DNA of 64,000 nucleotides. Source: Lama glama. Taxonomy: Eukaryota. The notes under the pieces were generated by a model that worked only from the letters and a program-made list of their open reading frames with translations, was not told where the DNA came from and did no database searches. Positions within the stretch are counted from its first letter, which is position 1, and each line of letters opens with the position of its first letter. Below are positions 51,661-64,000 of the stretch, one piece after another. The DNA lies in assembly GCA_028534125.1 (NCBI GenBank), contig CM052818.1, positions 24,554,001 through 24,618,000 on the forward strand, read 5' to 3'. The position numbers were made by a program, and so were the translations under genes.

Positions 51661-52844
51661 TTTAGTGTATGTTATAAAAAGTGAAATATGGCTAGGTGGA
51701 ATTAACATCTGCCATCATTGTGTACTTACATACTACTGCCTGTACACCCATCTCCTTTATAATTGAGAGCCAGTCGATGTGGGGTCTGCTTCACAAAGGT
51801 AATTTTTTGCAATTGCAGATCTAGGACAATTTTTATGGGCAGAAATTTTAAGTATTTTTCCCTTTTCCACTTTTTACAATTTTTCTTGTAGCTGGTCATT
51901 AATCAATCAGACATTAGTAATTCTCTGATCTCTTAAGCTTCACTCGGATGCTAAACGGGTTCTTTGCAGATGAACCAGTCAAGCGAGTGTGTGGTTGTCA
52001 TATATTTACAAGGGTAAATAAATATCACAACCCAAGACAGAAGCTGTTTGAGGTCCATAAGGACAGAAGGATTAGTACATAAATAAACAGTACTTCATCT
52101 GAATTCTCAAAGAGCAAAAGAGAGAACAGAGACCAGTACATACATTGTTTAAGCACAGATGCCTGCCTTTCAGCCACTAGTCAATTTAGGGCCTTAAACC
52201 AGAAGATGTCTAATATCCTTTAATGACTTAGGTTATAGGGAATTTTCAAAATAAAAATCTATGAGTTTAAGAATAATGGAATGTTCTACCACATTCCTCA
52301 TTACATAGGACCATTAATACGTCTTTAAAAGGTGTTCTAACTCCCCAGAAGCTCAGAACCCTTCCATTATGGCTTCCTTTGGGATCTGGCTCTGCTGTAC
52401 TGTGAAAGTGATGACTAACAGGCACACCCCTTAGTGCTCAGTACTAATCCGTAGTGCCAGGCCCTGTTCTGTGTGCTGTTTGTGCTAACTCATTTCTTTC
52501 AAGACTGTATAAAGTAGGTTAGCTTCTTACCCAGCAGGTGAGAGAGCCAGAATTCCAATAATTCAAGTAAGTTTCCCTCCTTCTTGGCCTTTCATAGTAG
52601 CCATGCTGGAACAGGGTTTAAAAAGCGGGGGAGGGACACTTAAGAGCCTAGCATAACGGTAGAGGGGGAGGCCCACCTGTCGGAGGGCAGCCCTGCCTCT
52701 GAGAGCAGTCAGCTGCTCCTCCCTTCTCCCCAGTTATCTACTTCCCTGAAACGCAAACATCTCCTCCTCCCAGCAAAGGCCCGCAGACTGTGAAGCAGTT
52801 GGGAGCCTGGTGCAGCAGCCTTCACGCCCATGCCTTAGAGCTGC

Positions 52845-53010
52845 GGTGCTTGAACCTTGGTGCGGAAAAATAACCACCTCAGGCACTTATTAAATGCATA
52901 TTCCTGTGTCTTTTTCTCAGTCTGATTAAGTAGAGGGTGGAGCCCCAAATCTTACTGTTTTTAAATGGGGCTCTCCCAGTATGTATGGTGCCAGTGATGT
53001 GCAGACTTGA
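52845..53010. mobile_element. MER5A-like fragment
   Basis: cggtgcttgaaccttgg...cacttattaaatgcatattcctg...tctgattaagtagagggtggagccc. Confidence 0.5.
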
Positions 53011-54829
53011 CGTTCCACACAGCACCTAAAACACAGCTGCCTCTGCCGGTCCCAAGCCTTTGGGCACATGACTGGTCTCGTGATTGGAAGTAAATAATCC
53101 TGCCCACGTTTCTTACCTGTTTTTAAGAGGTGAATGACTCTGTGCTGTGTGGTTTAACCTCATTAATATTGCCAGTTTCATCAATGGCCTTATCTTCAGG
53201 TCTTGAAATTGGCATCAATACTTCACTTGTCATTTATCCTTTAAAATGAGAAGATGTTATCATTAGTCAACGTTAAGGGAATGGGTGGTCATGTACAAAC
53301 TCCTACAAAGAAAAAGCCACCAAAATCATATAAATGAATGTAGTATTTTGATGTATTCTGTGCAGCACCCCAACAGTAAAGCTAGGAAACCAGAACCTGA
53401 ACGACTGAAGTGTCTTTGCCCAAGAACATACAGAGAGAAGAGCCCAGAGTGGAGGCTTCTCCCACCACTGCACCTGGGAGCCCCCACCCCCCTGGTCTGA
53501 CTCCCACATGGTCGGTGATCACAGGTGCTGGGAGGCAGCATGCACCCCTCCAAAAGCAGGCTGGACCCCAGTGAACGTGCCCCACGGTCCTGAGCACAGA
53601 CCACTTGAGAGTTGTCCTTGAAAATTAACAGCAGTATGACTTCATTTTTTTTTCTTTTTGAGGCTGCTGCTGTGGCAGCTCCTAATAACTCGATAATAAA
53701 GTGCAAGAGACCATTAAGATTGGTCTTGCTTGGCTTTTACTCACCGGCCTCTGTGATAGGCGTGATCGGGGCAGTGCGTGATGGTGAGTGCCGGAAGCCA
53801 CACGGCCCCAGCAGGACAGGTTAGCCGGCCACCTGCACCTTCCCCAGGCGGGCCCTCCCTGACCGGAAGGAGCGTTCTGCGGAAACCTGCATCGGAGCTT
53901 CTGAGTGGAAGCTTCAGGCGACCTGAAATGGACTGAGAAAGGGAGAACTTTAGCCTTCCTGGGAGGGGCAGGGTAGTGTCACCCAAGAATCAGCTCTGAA
54001 AAGAAACAGACTTGGTTTAAAAATCCTTGTTCTGTTGATGCATTTCCCTGTCCAGGAGACATAGGATCACAACATCACGGTTTCCCAAGTCGTAAAAGGT
54101 GATAACCTCCACTCTAGCAGCCTGAGAGGGTTGAATGAAAGTGCCCGTGTGACACTGGGAGCAGAGTACGCGGTGTTTGCCTCTTTATAAAACAGTAACT
54201 GAAACCCACTTTCCATCACAGACAGAGGTCAGAATCAGTGAGGACCCTCTAGGTTATTATTAACCAGTTCCCTTTCAGTAAGAATGTGATACCGCAGGTC
54301 CAGGGTCTCCAAGCAGCCTCAACCTTCTCACCCACTGTAACACACGGAAATCTGCAGGCTGATAGAAACATACATGTTTTATGTCTCATCCCCATCGGAG
54401 GTGGCAGCAAAAGGGAGAAAATAGAATCCAGATATCATATAACTACCTGCAGGGTTAGAGCCTGCCCGGGACCTCAGAGGACCAGAGCACATGACATGGT
54501 GCCTTACAGTAACATCATACCTGCCATTGCTGGCTTTGTAAATACGAGTGCAATTTGACAGTTACTAACATCTGCTCTAAACCTACCACGCAATGTATTT
54601 GCAAAGGGAGTGGAAAGGACTTTGATATTAGTCACCAGGCAATCGTATAGAAAAGAAGTTGAGTATCTTCTGAGTTCTGTTTACATTCTTAATAAAGGGG
54701 CTATTTCAGATCCAGCCTCAAGTTTTAGTAAGCAGACCTAGGCAGCTCCATTCACAGTGTCTTCCCCAAACAACCAAGAGAGCTACCCTTGGAACCAAGA
54801 AAGATAAGCATTTTGTATGTAATAGTGCG

Positions 54830-54990
54830 ACTTAGCACTCTGAAGTGGGCGTCACTGTCCTCACTTCACAGATTAGGAAACTGAGACTCAGAAATTAAAT
54901 AATCTGCCTAGGGTCACACAGTCAGTTGTGAAGACAGGATTTGAAACCCTCTGGCTGAAATGAGCTCTAAACCCCTGTGCTCTACTCATC
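54830..54990 (-). mobile_element. MIR
   Basis: cacttcacagattaggaaactgagactcagaaattaaataatctgcctagggtcacacag...ggatttgaa. Confidence 0.8.
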
Positions 54991-55857
54991 AAAAAATAAG
55001 TCAAGCTCGTCTTGCTCTCCATAGAGAAAGGACATGGATGGCTTTTATAGCTTCAGAAAAGAGATGTGGTCAGGATTGTTGGTGAGCAAAGAGCTGTGAG
55101 GACGGCCATTAGGATGCCAGGCAGAGGGAAGGGTGATATGTCACGAAGAACGAGCATTTGCCCGAAGGCGGGAGGCTGGAGCTCAAACCTGAACACGGCT
55201 TCTTCCTTGTTGGGTTACGTTACACCCGTTACTCATCCCTCATGGAATTGTCACCATCAGCACAGTAACCTAGGTGAATCTGCTCTCCTAGTTCTAAGGC
55301 TCTAGGTGAAGGTCAGTTATTACGATAATTCAGTTAGTTTCAGTCCCACCATTGACTTCCTCTGGAAATCTTTGGAAGTAGCTCCTGACCCCTAAGCCTT
55401 CTCATCTATAAACCAGAGCTGAGGAGACAGCATCCTTCAGTGACTCCCTCCAGAAGCTGTTCTCCAACTGCAGTAGCCTGGAATCTTTGGGTGTGCTGTT
55501 AAAACAGGGTCCTGAGCCCTGCAGGTTATGCCCCAGTGCCACTGGATGGAGCCTGGTGACATTCAGGGTAACGCTCTGGGAAGGGCCACACCCTCAGGAT
55601 CACAAAGAGCAGCGATTTCTGCAGGTAAAGATTTTGACCAAGGTCACCTGTGGATCTGCCAGCACCAGGCCTCAAGCCCTGATACCTAGATCCTGTTCTG
55701 ACTGCACGACTGGGCTCAAGAGGACATCACAGCTCCCACCTGGGCACGGGGTTTCCATCAAGGGATGGATTCTAGAGTATACCGCTGAGGCTTCCAGCAC
55801 CCCTCAGACGTTTATTAAATGGTTAAACATCGTTTCCTTTTTCTTCTTCCTCTGCAG

Positions 55858-56234
55858 ACACGTTTGCAAGCAAAGTGGCAGCCACCCAGGACCAGTACGC
55901 CGACGCATCCATAGGTAACGTCACTGGCAGCAACGCGGTGAATGTCTTCCTGGGCATCGGCGTGGCCTGGTCCATTGCGGCCATCTACCATGCTGCCAAT
56001 GGGGAACAGTTCAAGGTGTCCCCTGGCACGCTCGCTTTCTCTGTCACTCTCTTCACCATTTTTGCTTTCATCAACGTGGGGGTGCTGCTGTACCGGCGGA
56101 GGCCAGAGATCGGAGGTGAGCTGGGTGGGCCCCGGACTGCCAAGCTCCTCACGTCCTGCCTCTTTGTGCTCCTGTGGCTCTTGTACATTTTCTTCTCCTC
56201 CCTGGAGGCCTACTGCCACATAAAAGGCTTCTAA
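55858..56234 (+). CDS. SLC8A1: SLC8A1/NCX1 terminal coding exon: (D)TFASKVAATQDQYADASIGNVTGSNAVNVFLGIG...AYCHIKGF*
   Basis: Long pyrimidine tract plus tctgcag acceptor (AG 55856-55857). G|AC completes the Asp of GTSVPD; TAA at 56232-56234. The C-terminus AYCHIKGF is characteristic of NCX1. The three exons total 753 nt (250 aa plus stop). Confidence 0.98.
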
Positions 56235-56335
56235 AGGAACAATCAGATATAGTAAATTTATATATATATACAAATATATACATAAAAAATTATGTATAAC
56301 GAACAGAGGAAACTGACATTTGTCATGTTCACTTA

Positions 56336-56343
56336 CCTGCTGA
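56336..56343 (+). promoter_or_regulatory. miR-214-3p 8mer seed match (CCTGCTGA)
   Basis: Exact complement of seed CAGCAGG plus A, about 100 nt after the stop. NCX1 is an established miR-214 target. Confidence 0.55.
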
Positions 56344-58067
56344 TGGAATCCAGCTTCAAGAGCATACTCTGTACCAGGGCCGAAGGGAGCCACCGTCACC
56401 TCCCCTTCCCGGGGCATCGTCACGTTGAACAAGGCTTGGAGGCAGGGCCATCTTTGCAGCTCAGCCTAGAAGGGCTGTGTTCTCCCCAGGTTCATCAATT
56501 GTGCAGTCTTTGATTTGTTTTCTGTTTTTGCTTCTTTTCGATGGGGGAGGGGGAGGGGATGAAGTCAGGGGTGGTTGTTGTTTTTCTTTGTGGGGAGGTG
56601 CGGGGGGAAGGATCAGGCTTGGTTGCTTCTCTTGTGGGAGTGAAGACGTATCTAAATGCAAACGGGGTTTTGGTAAAAATGGAAATCATTACGATGACTC
56701 TCCTTTTCTCCTGAACACTTTAAAAACCATTTGGTATTGAGAAAGGAAGTGGGCGTGGAAGCAGCAGCATGCCCAGGCCTTCACCCTGTTACTAAATTTC
56801 ATGCTGGCCTCTGGAGCAGAAGCAGAGGTTGACGCTGCCTCCAAGAAGAAACCTGGGAGCTCGAATGGAGCCAAGAAAAGTAGTGGCTCTTGATCCCGTC
56901 TGACATTTCAAGGCAGGACGCCTGGCACTCCTGTCAACAGGTACAGGAGTGAAGTGCCTGGACTCCCAGGAGCGCGCACAATCCTTTCTTCCTTAGCTCT
57001 TTAGCTCGGGGCCGTGATTAGCAAAGCCCTCATTCTGGTGTTCCAGCCCGGCCAACCACCCCCAGGTCCCCGCCACCCCAGCCCCCTCCCACCCGCCCTT
57101 CATTACAAACCAGAAGAATAACCATCGAAAAGCTCGCCATCCCCGCCCCCCGTTTGCATCAGTGTGTGTCCCCGTCCCGTGCTGCTGTCGCCTGGGGTCG
57201 TCTGTCAGTTTTCTTTTCAAAGCGTCCATGGCTTGTACAGTCCTGTCCAGTCACGACCGCACACTCGCTCCTCCTCCCCGGGCCTGTGCGGGAATGTTGT
57301 CGCGGTACCTGTTCACAGCGCATGGATGGAAACGATACAGCCAAACAAAGCGCGCCTGTATGTAGTAGAGCCTAGCATGCCCTCGCCCCCCACTCGGCAG
57401 CGCGGACTGGACGCTGAAGACATGCGTGAGTTTCCTTTTCACCTGAATTGTAACTTTTGTTGCGTTTGAGGAGGGATCAGAGGAGAAACATGGCTTTTTG
57501 TTCGTGGGTGTGCACGTTCATTTCTAAGCAGCAGGAACTGTTACCTGGAAAGTTAGCTGTTGAGAGGACCCCAGGCAGACTGCAGAGGCTTCCCGGAGAA
57601 GGTGCCGCGCGGTGCGCGGCAGCGGCCTCTGCGGCCCAGCTGTTGGTGCGGGAAGGCCGAGGAGGAGGGCCCTGTGGAGCAGGGGATGCATTAGATGTGC
57701 CCGGGCTCTGGACGCTTCCGTTCCCACAACGCCCCTGCCCCTAAGTATTTATTATTTCACATCTGCTCTGTCTGGCACAGATGATAGATTGTGCTGGTTT
57801 GTTCATTTTTCGGGGGTTTTTGTTTTGTTTTTAATGTATTTGGAGCCCTGTTTCTTTCACCAGCCAGACCCCTCTGCTTGTATCTGCAGTTCCTGAGGAG
57901 GAAAGAAGCCACAGGGCCTGTAAAAGTGTGTCTTCTCCACTTACGACTAAGGAGGAAGCAACAAAATGAGATTAGTGCCTCCCCGGAGGATTGCCCTGCG
58001 AGGTTTTTTAACCCTGGAAAAGGAGTGGCTCTATTTCAAAATACCAGAGAGCATGTGGATAAACCCA

Positions 58068-58075
58068 ACATTCCA
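58068..58075 (+). promoter_or_regulatory. miR-1/206 8mer seed match (ACATTCCA)
   Basis: Exact 8mer in the 3' UTR. NCX1 is an established miR-1 target. Confidence 0.55.
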
Positions 58076-58259
58076 AACTAGTGAGTCCACAGATGAGGAT
58101 AAATGCAAGGACTTGGGCCCCCTCCCGGACTTTTCTCTATCTGTAAAGAACCCCAGGCTGGAGACACCCCCAAGTGCTCTGTATTGACTCAGAGATACTT
58201 AGCTCTCACCAGCCTTCTCTTCCGCTGAGTAATCACTGTCATCCACCATGTAATAAACA

Positions 58260-58390
58260 CTGGAAGATGGAATGAGTAATTAGATGCTAGCGACCCACTC
58301 AGTATGCCAGGGTCTGTGCTACCTCCTGGGGACTGAGTCCTGGACAAGACGTCCAGATCCCTGCCCTCGGGGGTTCACAGTTAATGTGAC
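58260..58390 (-). mobile_element. L2 3' fragment inside the 3' UTR
   Basis: tatgccagggtctgtgcta..ctggggactgag..ggacaagac...ccctgccctcgggggttcacagt. Confidence 0.55.
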
Positions 58391-59180
58391 TGCCATTTTC
58401 GTGAGTAAAAGCTAACACAGCCACATGGAAACAGTCTGATCTTGCGAGGAAAACACCATTAGGAAACTCTCTTGTATAAATGTTTAAAATTTCTTTAACA
58501 GAGTATAAGGCATAGGTTAGGAAAAAGTGTCCTGTGTCTCCTTAGCCAACCTTGCAGATCCTGTACATCTTCCCATTTTATACCAGATAGGGCAATCATG
58601 TTGGTGACCCAAACCACCGAGAAGGCCCGGTCAAGTCCAAGTTCTCTGTCGGACAGCAGTACTTTTCCATGCCCCTCAACACCTCTACCATGTCTCCTGT
58701 CTCCTGGACACTCCCCCTGACCTGTCACGGCCCAACACACTGGTGGCCTGACTCCTTTAGGGACACACTCTAACCCATTTTTTTTTTTTTGAAGATTTAT
58801 TAAATGGAAAGCTAGCCTAGAAACACCAAGTAAATAGTCAAGGGATGCAAGTTGTTTAAATATTAGAAAGCCTTTGCACTCATGTCTAGCCATATTTGGA
58901 ATGTTACTAATCCCGTAGCAAATTTTCACAGAGGACTTTAAGAAATCTTAGCCGTTGGTCAATTTCAATTTCAAAGCTTTTGGGTTTGTTTGCTTTTTCA
59001 ATTTTCATATTATAGGGAAAATATGATTCTGGTTGTTCAGGGCTGTATTAGTAATTATAGTTGTGTAAAATTATTTCATTCTGTTTGATTTTATTTTGTG
59101 TGTATTGTGCACAGCTTTAGGGGGGGAAGTGCACGAATTGAGCTGTTCCTTATAAATGGTACACACTATTGACACAGACA

Positions 59181-59186
59181 AATAAA
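59181..59186 (+). terminator. Candidate polyadenylation signal AATAAA
   Basis: TGTA motifs near 59044, 59065 and 59101 upstream; U/GU-rich tract downstream. Confidence 0.6.
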
Positions 59187-62100
59187 GTTTCTAATTGTTT
59201 CTGATTTAATCACCAGTGATACAGCATATTCTGTACGGAATGTTTTCTCTCTCCTCATTGTCATCTACTTCATCTTTTGTTTTCATGTTTGGAAGAAATA
59301 AAGACCAAAAAGGTATTATTGTGCAATTGGTATCCTCATGCAAACGAAAGAAAACAGATCCCCAGTTTCAACTTGCCAATGTCAACCTTTTGGTCATACA
59401 GTGTTTCCTTTTAATGTCCCAAGAGACCACAGTGTCAGAATGTTGCCTGACACTATTGAGATAAATGTTGGCTGCTTCTCACATTTCACTGATTTTTTTT
59501 TTCCATCCTTTGGTACCACTTTATCTGCATTCTTTCTGCATCCAAGAACATGAACCCATACACAGTTCTACATCAAACCAGCGTTTAGCGTGTGGAGTAT
59601 TTATATCAAATCAGTCCTAATAAAATTGACCATCAGAAGTGTGTAACTAGGTGCTTCCCAAGGAATCTTTGCTGCATTAATACTTTCTGACTGATTATGT
59701 AAGTTATTAACCTCATGTATCACATAATCGAAACAGTACAGGAAGAGGTGACACCAGAAATGAAGTAAGCACTTGTGGAAAAAGTGACTTCCAGTTTGTG
59801 TACTTACTTCCAAATCTGTGTTAATATTAGTAGATTTCGTTCTTACTGAAATAGAATTTGGACCTGTAGATGAGACTTCATTCATCTGATTGTTTTTAAA
59901 ATTTTCTTTATAATTCCTCATTATATCCATATATGGTCATTCATGGAACAATTTCATAGGCAAAGGTTATTTTCTTGGAGCAACAATGTGTCTCCTCGGA
60001 CCCAATCTTTCATTTAACACAAAATAAGCAGCCAACATTTACTTCTTTAGCAGCAAAAGGAGTAATTCAGTGACCAGGGTGGCCTTGACTACTTAGCGAC
60101 TCTTTGGCAAAATGCTGTGGCCTAAGGGTTCTAACCTCTTATAAGCTAGTTTTTATTCTTTCAAAGATTCTGATTCGAGCCTTAACCAGTGAAGATTTTA
60201 TAGAGCTTTGCTCTTTGGGTTCACAGCATAAAATAAACACACTTAAGTTTTTTTCCTTATTTTACATATATACATTATATATATTTTTTCTTTTTTTTTT
60301 TTAAAGCATGCTGTCTTAACTCTGCGTATCCTGATAGGTGGCGCTCATCCACAATGAGACTTTCTAAAGTAGTACCTTCCCCTTGACTCCAGGGGTCTCA
60401 CTATTAATAAAAGCTCACCTTCCACGTGGCCTTGTCCACAGGGGTTTGATTCATTGCTGATTCCACAGCCCAGGGCCCCTGTTCCAAACCTGTCAAAATA
60501 CAGAGAGATTGATCAGTTTGGACTGCATACACCTGAGGACTTCGTGGACGCAATCATAAAAATAACAAATTTCCTCTGGTAGACAATGAAGCCCTCCATT
60601 CTCTAATGATGACCAAACTTCACTTTCTCAAGACTGTAAATCAGCTCCTTTCAGACTTCTTTCAATGTTTCCTTGCTCGAGGTATGAAGTCTCTCTTGTG
60701 ATTATGGTTTTCTGGGTCTGATCGTGGGCAATGACGTTTGGAGCAAGTCTTGAATATAGTTTCATAACTTAAAAGAATATTTGGCCATTTCATGATCAGC
60801 CGTGTCCAGCACTGGATCTTACTGTGACCTTCAAAAGGTCCTTGGCTTTTGTTGTAGTAATCAGTTCACTTGGCCAAGACATTCTAGCTGTTGGTAAAAT
60901 CGAGCATTTCACCTGATAAACAAGTGCAATATGTAGAACAGACATGCAAAGTCACATTTATCTTACAGAGAAGGAAAGATGCTGTTACAAGTGGACTCAT
61001 TAGCAGTCATTCAGCTCTGCCTACAGATTTTTGATAATGGATTGCACTTTTGTTTTATGTTCTTACCATTTCTAGCCACATTCATTGTCTTCCACCCATT
61101 TCAAGTGCCGGTCGGTCCTGATGGTATTCCACCTACAAAGATAGTGCAGGAAGGTGAAACAGTGGTAGGAGATAGTTCACTCATGAAGCTTAATCAGGCC
61201 ATGGTTAATTATCTCCCGAAGCAGAGAATGTCTTACCTATAGAAGGAGCAACCACTGAGCGGTGGGACTTCCCCGGCAGAGGGTGCTTTAGCTTTCCAGA
61301 CAACAAGCAATGGGTGAGTATCTAGCTTGACTTTTTCCCTGCCTGCCAAGATACCCAAAAAGATGAGTTCAGAGGCTCTCTTAATTCTCAGTTGTGTCAA
61401 AAGGTCCTCTGGTTTAACCTCCTATGGGACATTTAAGTCAGCAGTCATTGTATAAGTTACTGTTGATTGGTTGTAGAACACATTGTATACATTAGTTTGA
61501 TTGATTTGTAGAACAGAACATTACTTTGTAACTTGAAAAAAAGCAACATAACTTTGTAGTTAGAATTATGACCCATGTCTTCACAGGAAGACTTGCTTGA
61601 CTGGAAGTTGCCTGGTAATCAATGCAGAATTTTCTCAGATGCTTGACCTGTGCACATTCTTTAGAATCATTCAGTCCTAACCTTTTTGAAAGATCCAAAG
61701 AGGTGTCCCCTTGGGGAACATGCAATCATAATCTTTCTTCTCCCAGTTTCCAACCTTTGTGGTTCTTCCATGTCTATTCCCATCATATTCATTACTCACA
61801 GTGATGTTCACTATTAGCTCTCAGCCATGGAGAAAAGGTTATGCTATAATTACTCTGGGCATGTTTTTCTGAAAGTGAATTTGTCAAAGGAAAAAATCAA
61901 ATATAAAGACATTCCAGCTAGAAAACAGTCATTAGATCATATTGTGGTACCTCTATAAATGTTTAGGACCGGATTGCACCCTACAGTTGCACACTGCAGC
62001 AACATTGTTGACTCTGATCCTCTTTGGTTCATTTTTCCTGTTTCAGTGCCCATCTACCTAGCCTTTTATCCTACCAATATATGTAGGTATGGATCAAGGA

Positions 62101-64000
62101 TAAAGACCCCCCCGTACATTCCCAAAGGTGAAGGGTGTAAACCTAGAAAAACATCATATATAGCTTCCATGTCTCCAAGAAATGTGAGTGGGCCAAATGC
62201 TTCTCTGGAGTTATTATATGCGTAAGGTGCAAATGGTAGGAAAATTCATGTTAATAACCACACACACTGACTGAGAGAGAAATTAGCTAACTTCAGTGTT
62301 ACTGAGTCAGTCTTGACAGTTAATGCCCAGCCCTAATTTGTTGACTGCAGACAGATCTCCCTAGCCAAATCCAAGAGTGGTGTGTGTGGGGGGGGGGAGG
62401 GGAAGGATTAATTTACTAGAATGATTATACAGCCCTCTATACCGGAAGTTATTTATTTGCCTAGAAGGATCTGGCCAAGAGATTTTCCAAAGACCTTTCC
62501 CCTACATTCCCAAGTTGAAATAACCCAGGTTTAACTTACAGAACTTTTTATTAGATCCCTTGAAGCCACATAGTAGGACAACAGATAAATTCTCCAAGGA
62601 GATCTCTCCTGCACATGTGATCCTAGGTTTGCAAAGACCCGTCCTTCACTGTGAAGGTTCTCTTCTTCCAAGTGGAAGAAACAATTCCATTAAATAACCA
62701 AATATATAACCACTTTTCAAAAATACGTCACCTAAAATAACAGACTAAATTGTACAAATATTTAGCATAATACTGATATGCTCAACCTGCCTCGTTCTGA
62801 GAAAAACAATTTTCTTTGTAGGTAACTTTCTCTACCTTCTTATACTCACCTTAACATTAAACTTCAAAAAAAAAAATACTCCAAGGAACAAATCTGCAAA
62901 GATTTTATGTTCTCATAATGCTCATATAATTGAGTAATATGGCTAAAATAATGATTTGGATGAGAATTTCCTATGTGGTTGACAAGAACATATTTTAAAA
63001 TGAGAAAATTAGCAAAAAGAAAATGTGTTAAGATTTCATCACAGGCTTCCTTTGTCTAAGATACCTGAAAGTCACTACCCTTAAGGAAGATAGATTCCCA
63101 GTTTTCAGAAACAATGGTACAACTAAAACTTGTAGTCTCAGTTTTTAAATGCAAATCAAAGCTGGACATATATAACTTTTGATCTTAGTAACTAAAAAAA
63201 GTAGGCTTTTGGGACATTTTCTGTATTACTCAGTTATTTTGTGGAATACACTAGACCCACACAGGTCTTTCATAAAAATGCCTTCAATAATTTCCATCCT
63301 CTTTTTAGGCCATGAAGTCTCTAAATTTCACAACATAATAACTTGACCATTGCATTTATAAAAGGCTGATTCCATTGTGATGTTACTTACATTTCAAATT
63401 TTGAAAATTTAAAATAACCAATACATCAGATGAGATACTACACTTGAGTCTAGCCCAAACAATAAAGCCCAGACAGATTTATTCGTAGTTGAAACTTCTG
63501 AAACACTAGCCTTTTCACACACAGCAAACAGAAGTGTTATTTTCAATCTACTTTTTACCAAAAGTTGCCATTTCAACCAGTATAAAAACAACAAAAATGA
63601 TTCAAAATGCTTGTTAGAAGATTATTTCTATGAGAGGTATGATTTCAGCAGTCAACCTCCTCTATCCCACCTCTTCCTAGAGTATAGATAGATGATGTGT
63701 ATCAACTCAAACTGCACTCTTGGATGTCTAGGACTGCCATGAACGCCCACATCAAGTTAGTGCTCCTTTTTATCAGATCTCGTTTATAAACAGAAAGAGG
63801 CGGAGAGATGTGGAAGGAAGCACATCCCTGGTTTTTCCCCCTTGTTACAGATGCAAATTCATAGTTGAAAACTGCTTAGAATACTGTTAATTATATCTAT
63901 CCTTCTAAAACCTTTAGTAGATTTTAAAAAGGAAAAATTCGTTTTTCTTCCCTCAGTTGGCAAGCATTTCTGATAGCAAGTTTTTTGGATCAATTAAGGC

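Larger units (their letters stand above)
56235..59210 (+). other. SLC8A1: SLC8A1 3' UTR to the likely proximal poly(A) site (may extend beyond the window end)
   Basis: Follows the stop codon. AATAAA at 59181-59186 has upstream TGTA motifs and downstream T/GT-rich sequence. Confidence 0.7.

Noticed and set aside
55815..56432. 205-aa antisense ORF over the last exon
   Set aside because: Shadow ORF of a GC3-rich coding exon; no independent support.

Overview
Mammalian genomic DNA. The short tRNA-Ala-derived SINEs suggest a camelid (inference). The window holds the 3' end of SLC8A1 (NCX1, Na+/Ca2+ exchanger 1) on the + strand. Three coding exons (1926-2025, 22042-22317, 55858-56234) splice in frame to the C-terminal 250 aa across introns of about 20.0 and 33.5 kb, followed by a long 3' UTR. 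The introns carry LINE-1, L2, MIR, SINE, MaLR/ERV1 solo LTRs and hAT MITEs, and there are two 500-N assembly gaps. The most unusual structure is a full-length antisense L1 (35467-45737, 16-bp TSD). Its ORF1 is interrupted by a 3.3-kb poly(A)-tailed piece of older, unrelated genomic sequence, inserted at a TTTT/AA site and flanked by a 124-bp target-site duplication. Other points of interest are an ETS-motif minisatellite, a sense-oriented CpG-rich LTR apparently lacking its poly(A) signal, and 3' UTR regulatory elements. I see no new multi-gene system. Repeat family names are from pattern recognition, not a database search, and many repeat boundaries are approximate.
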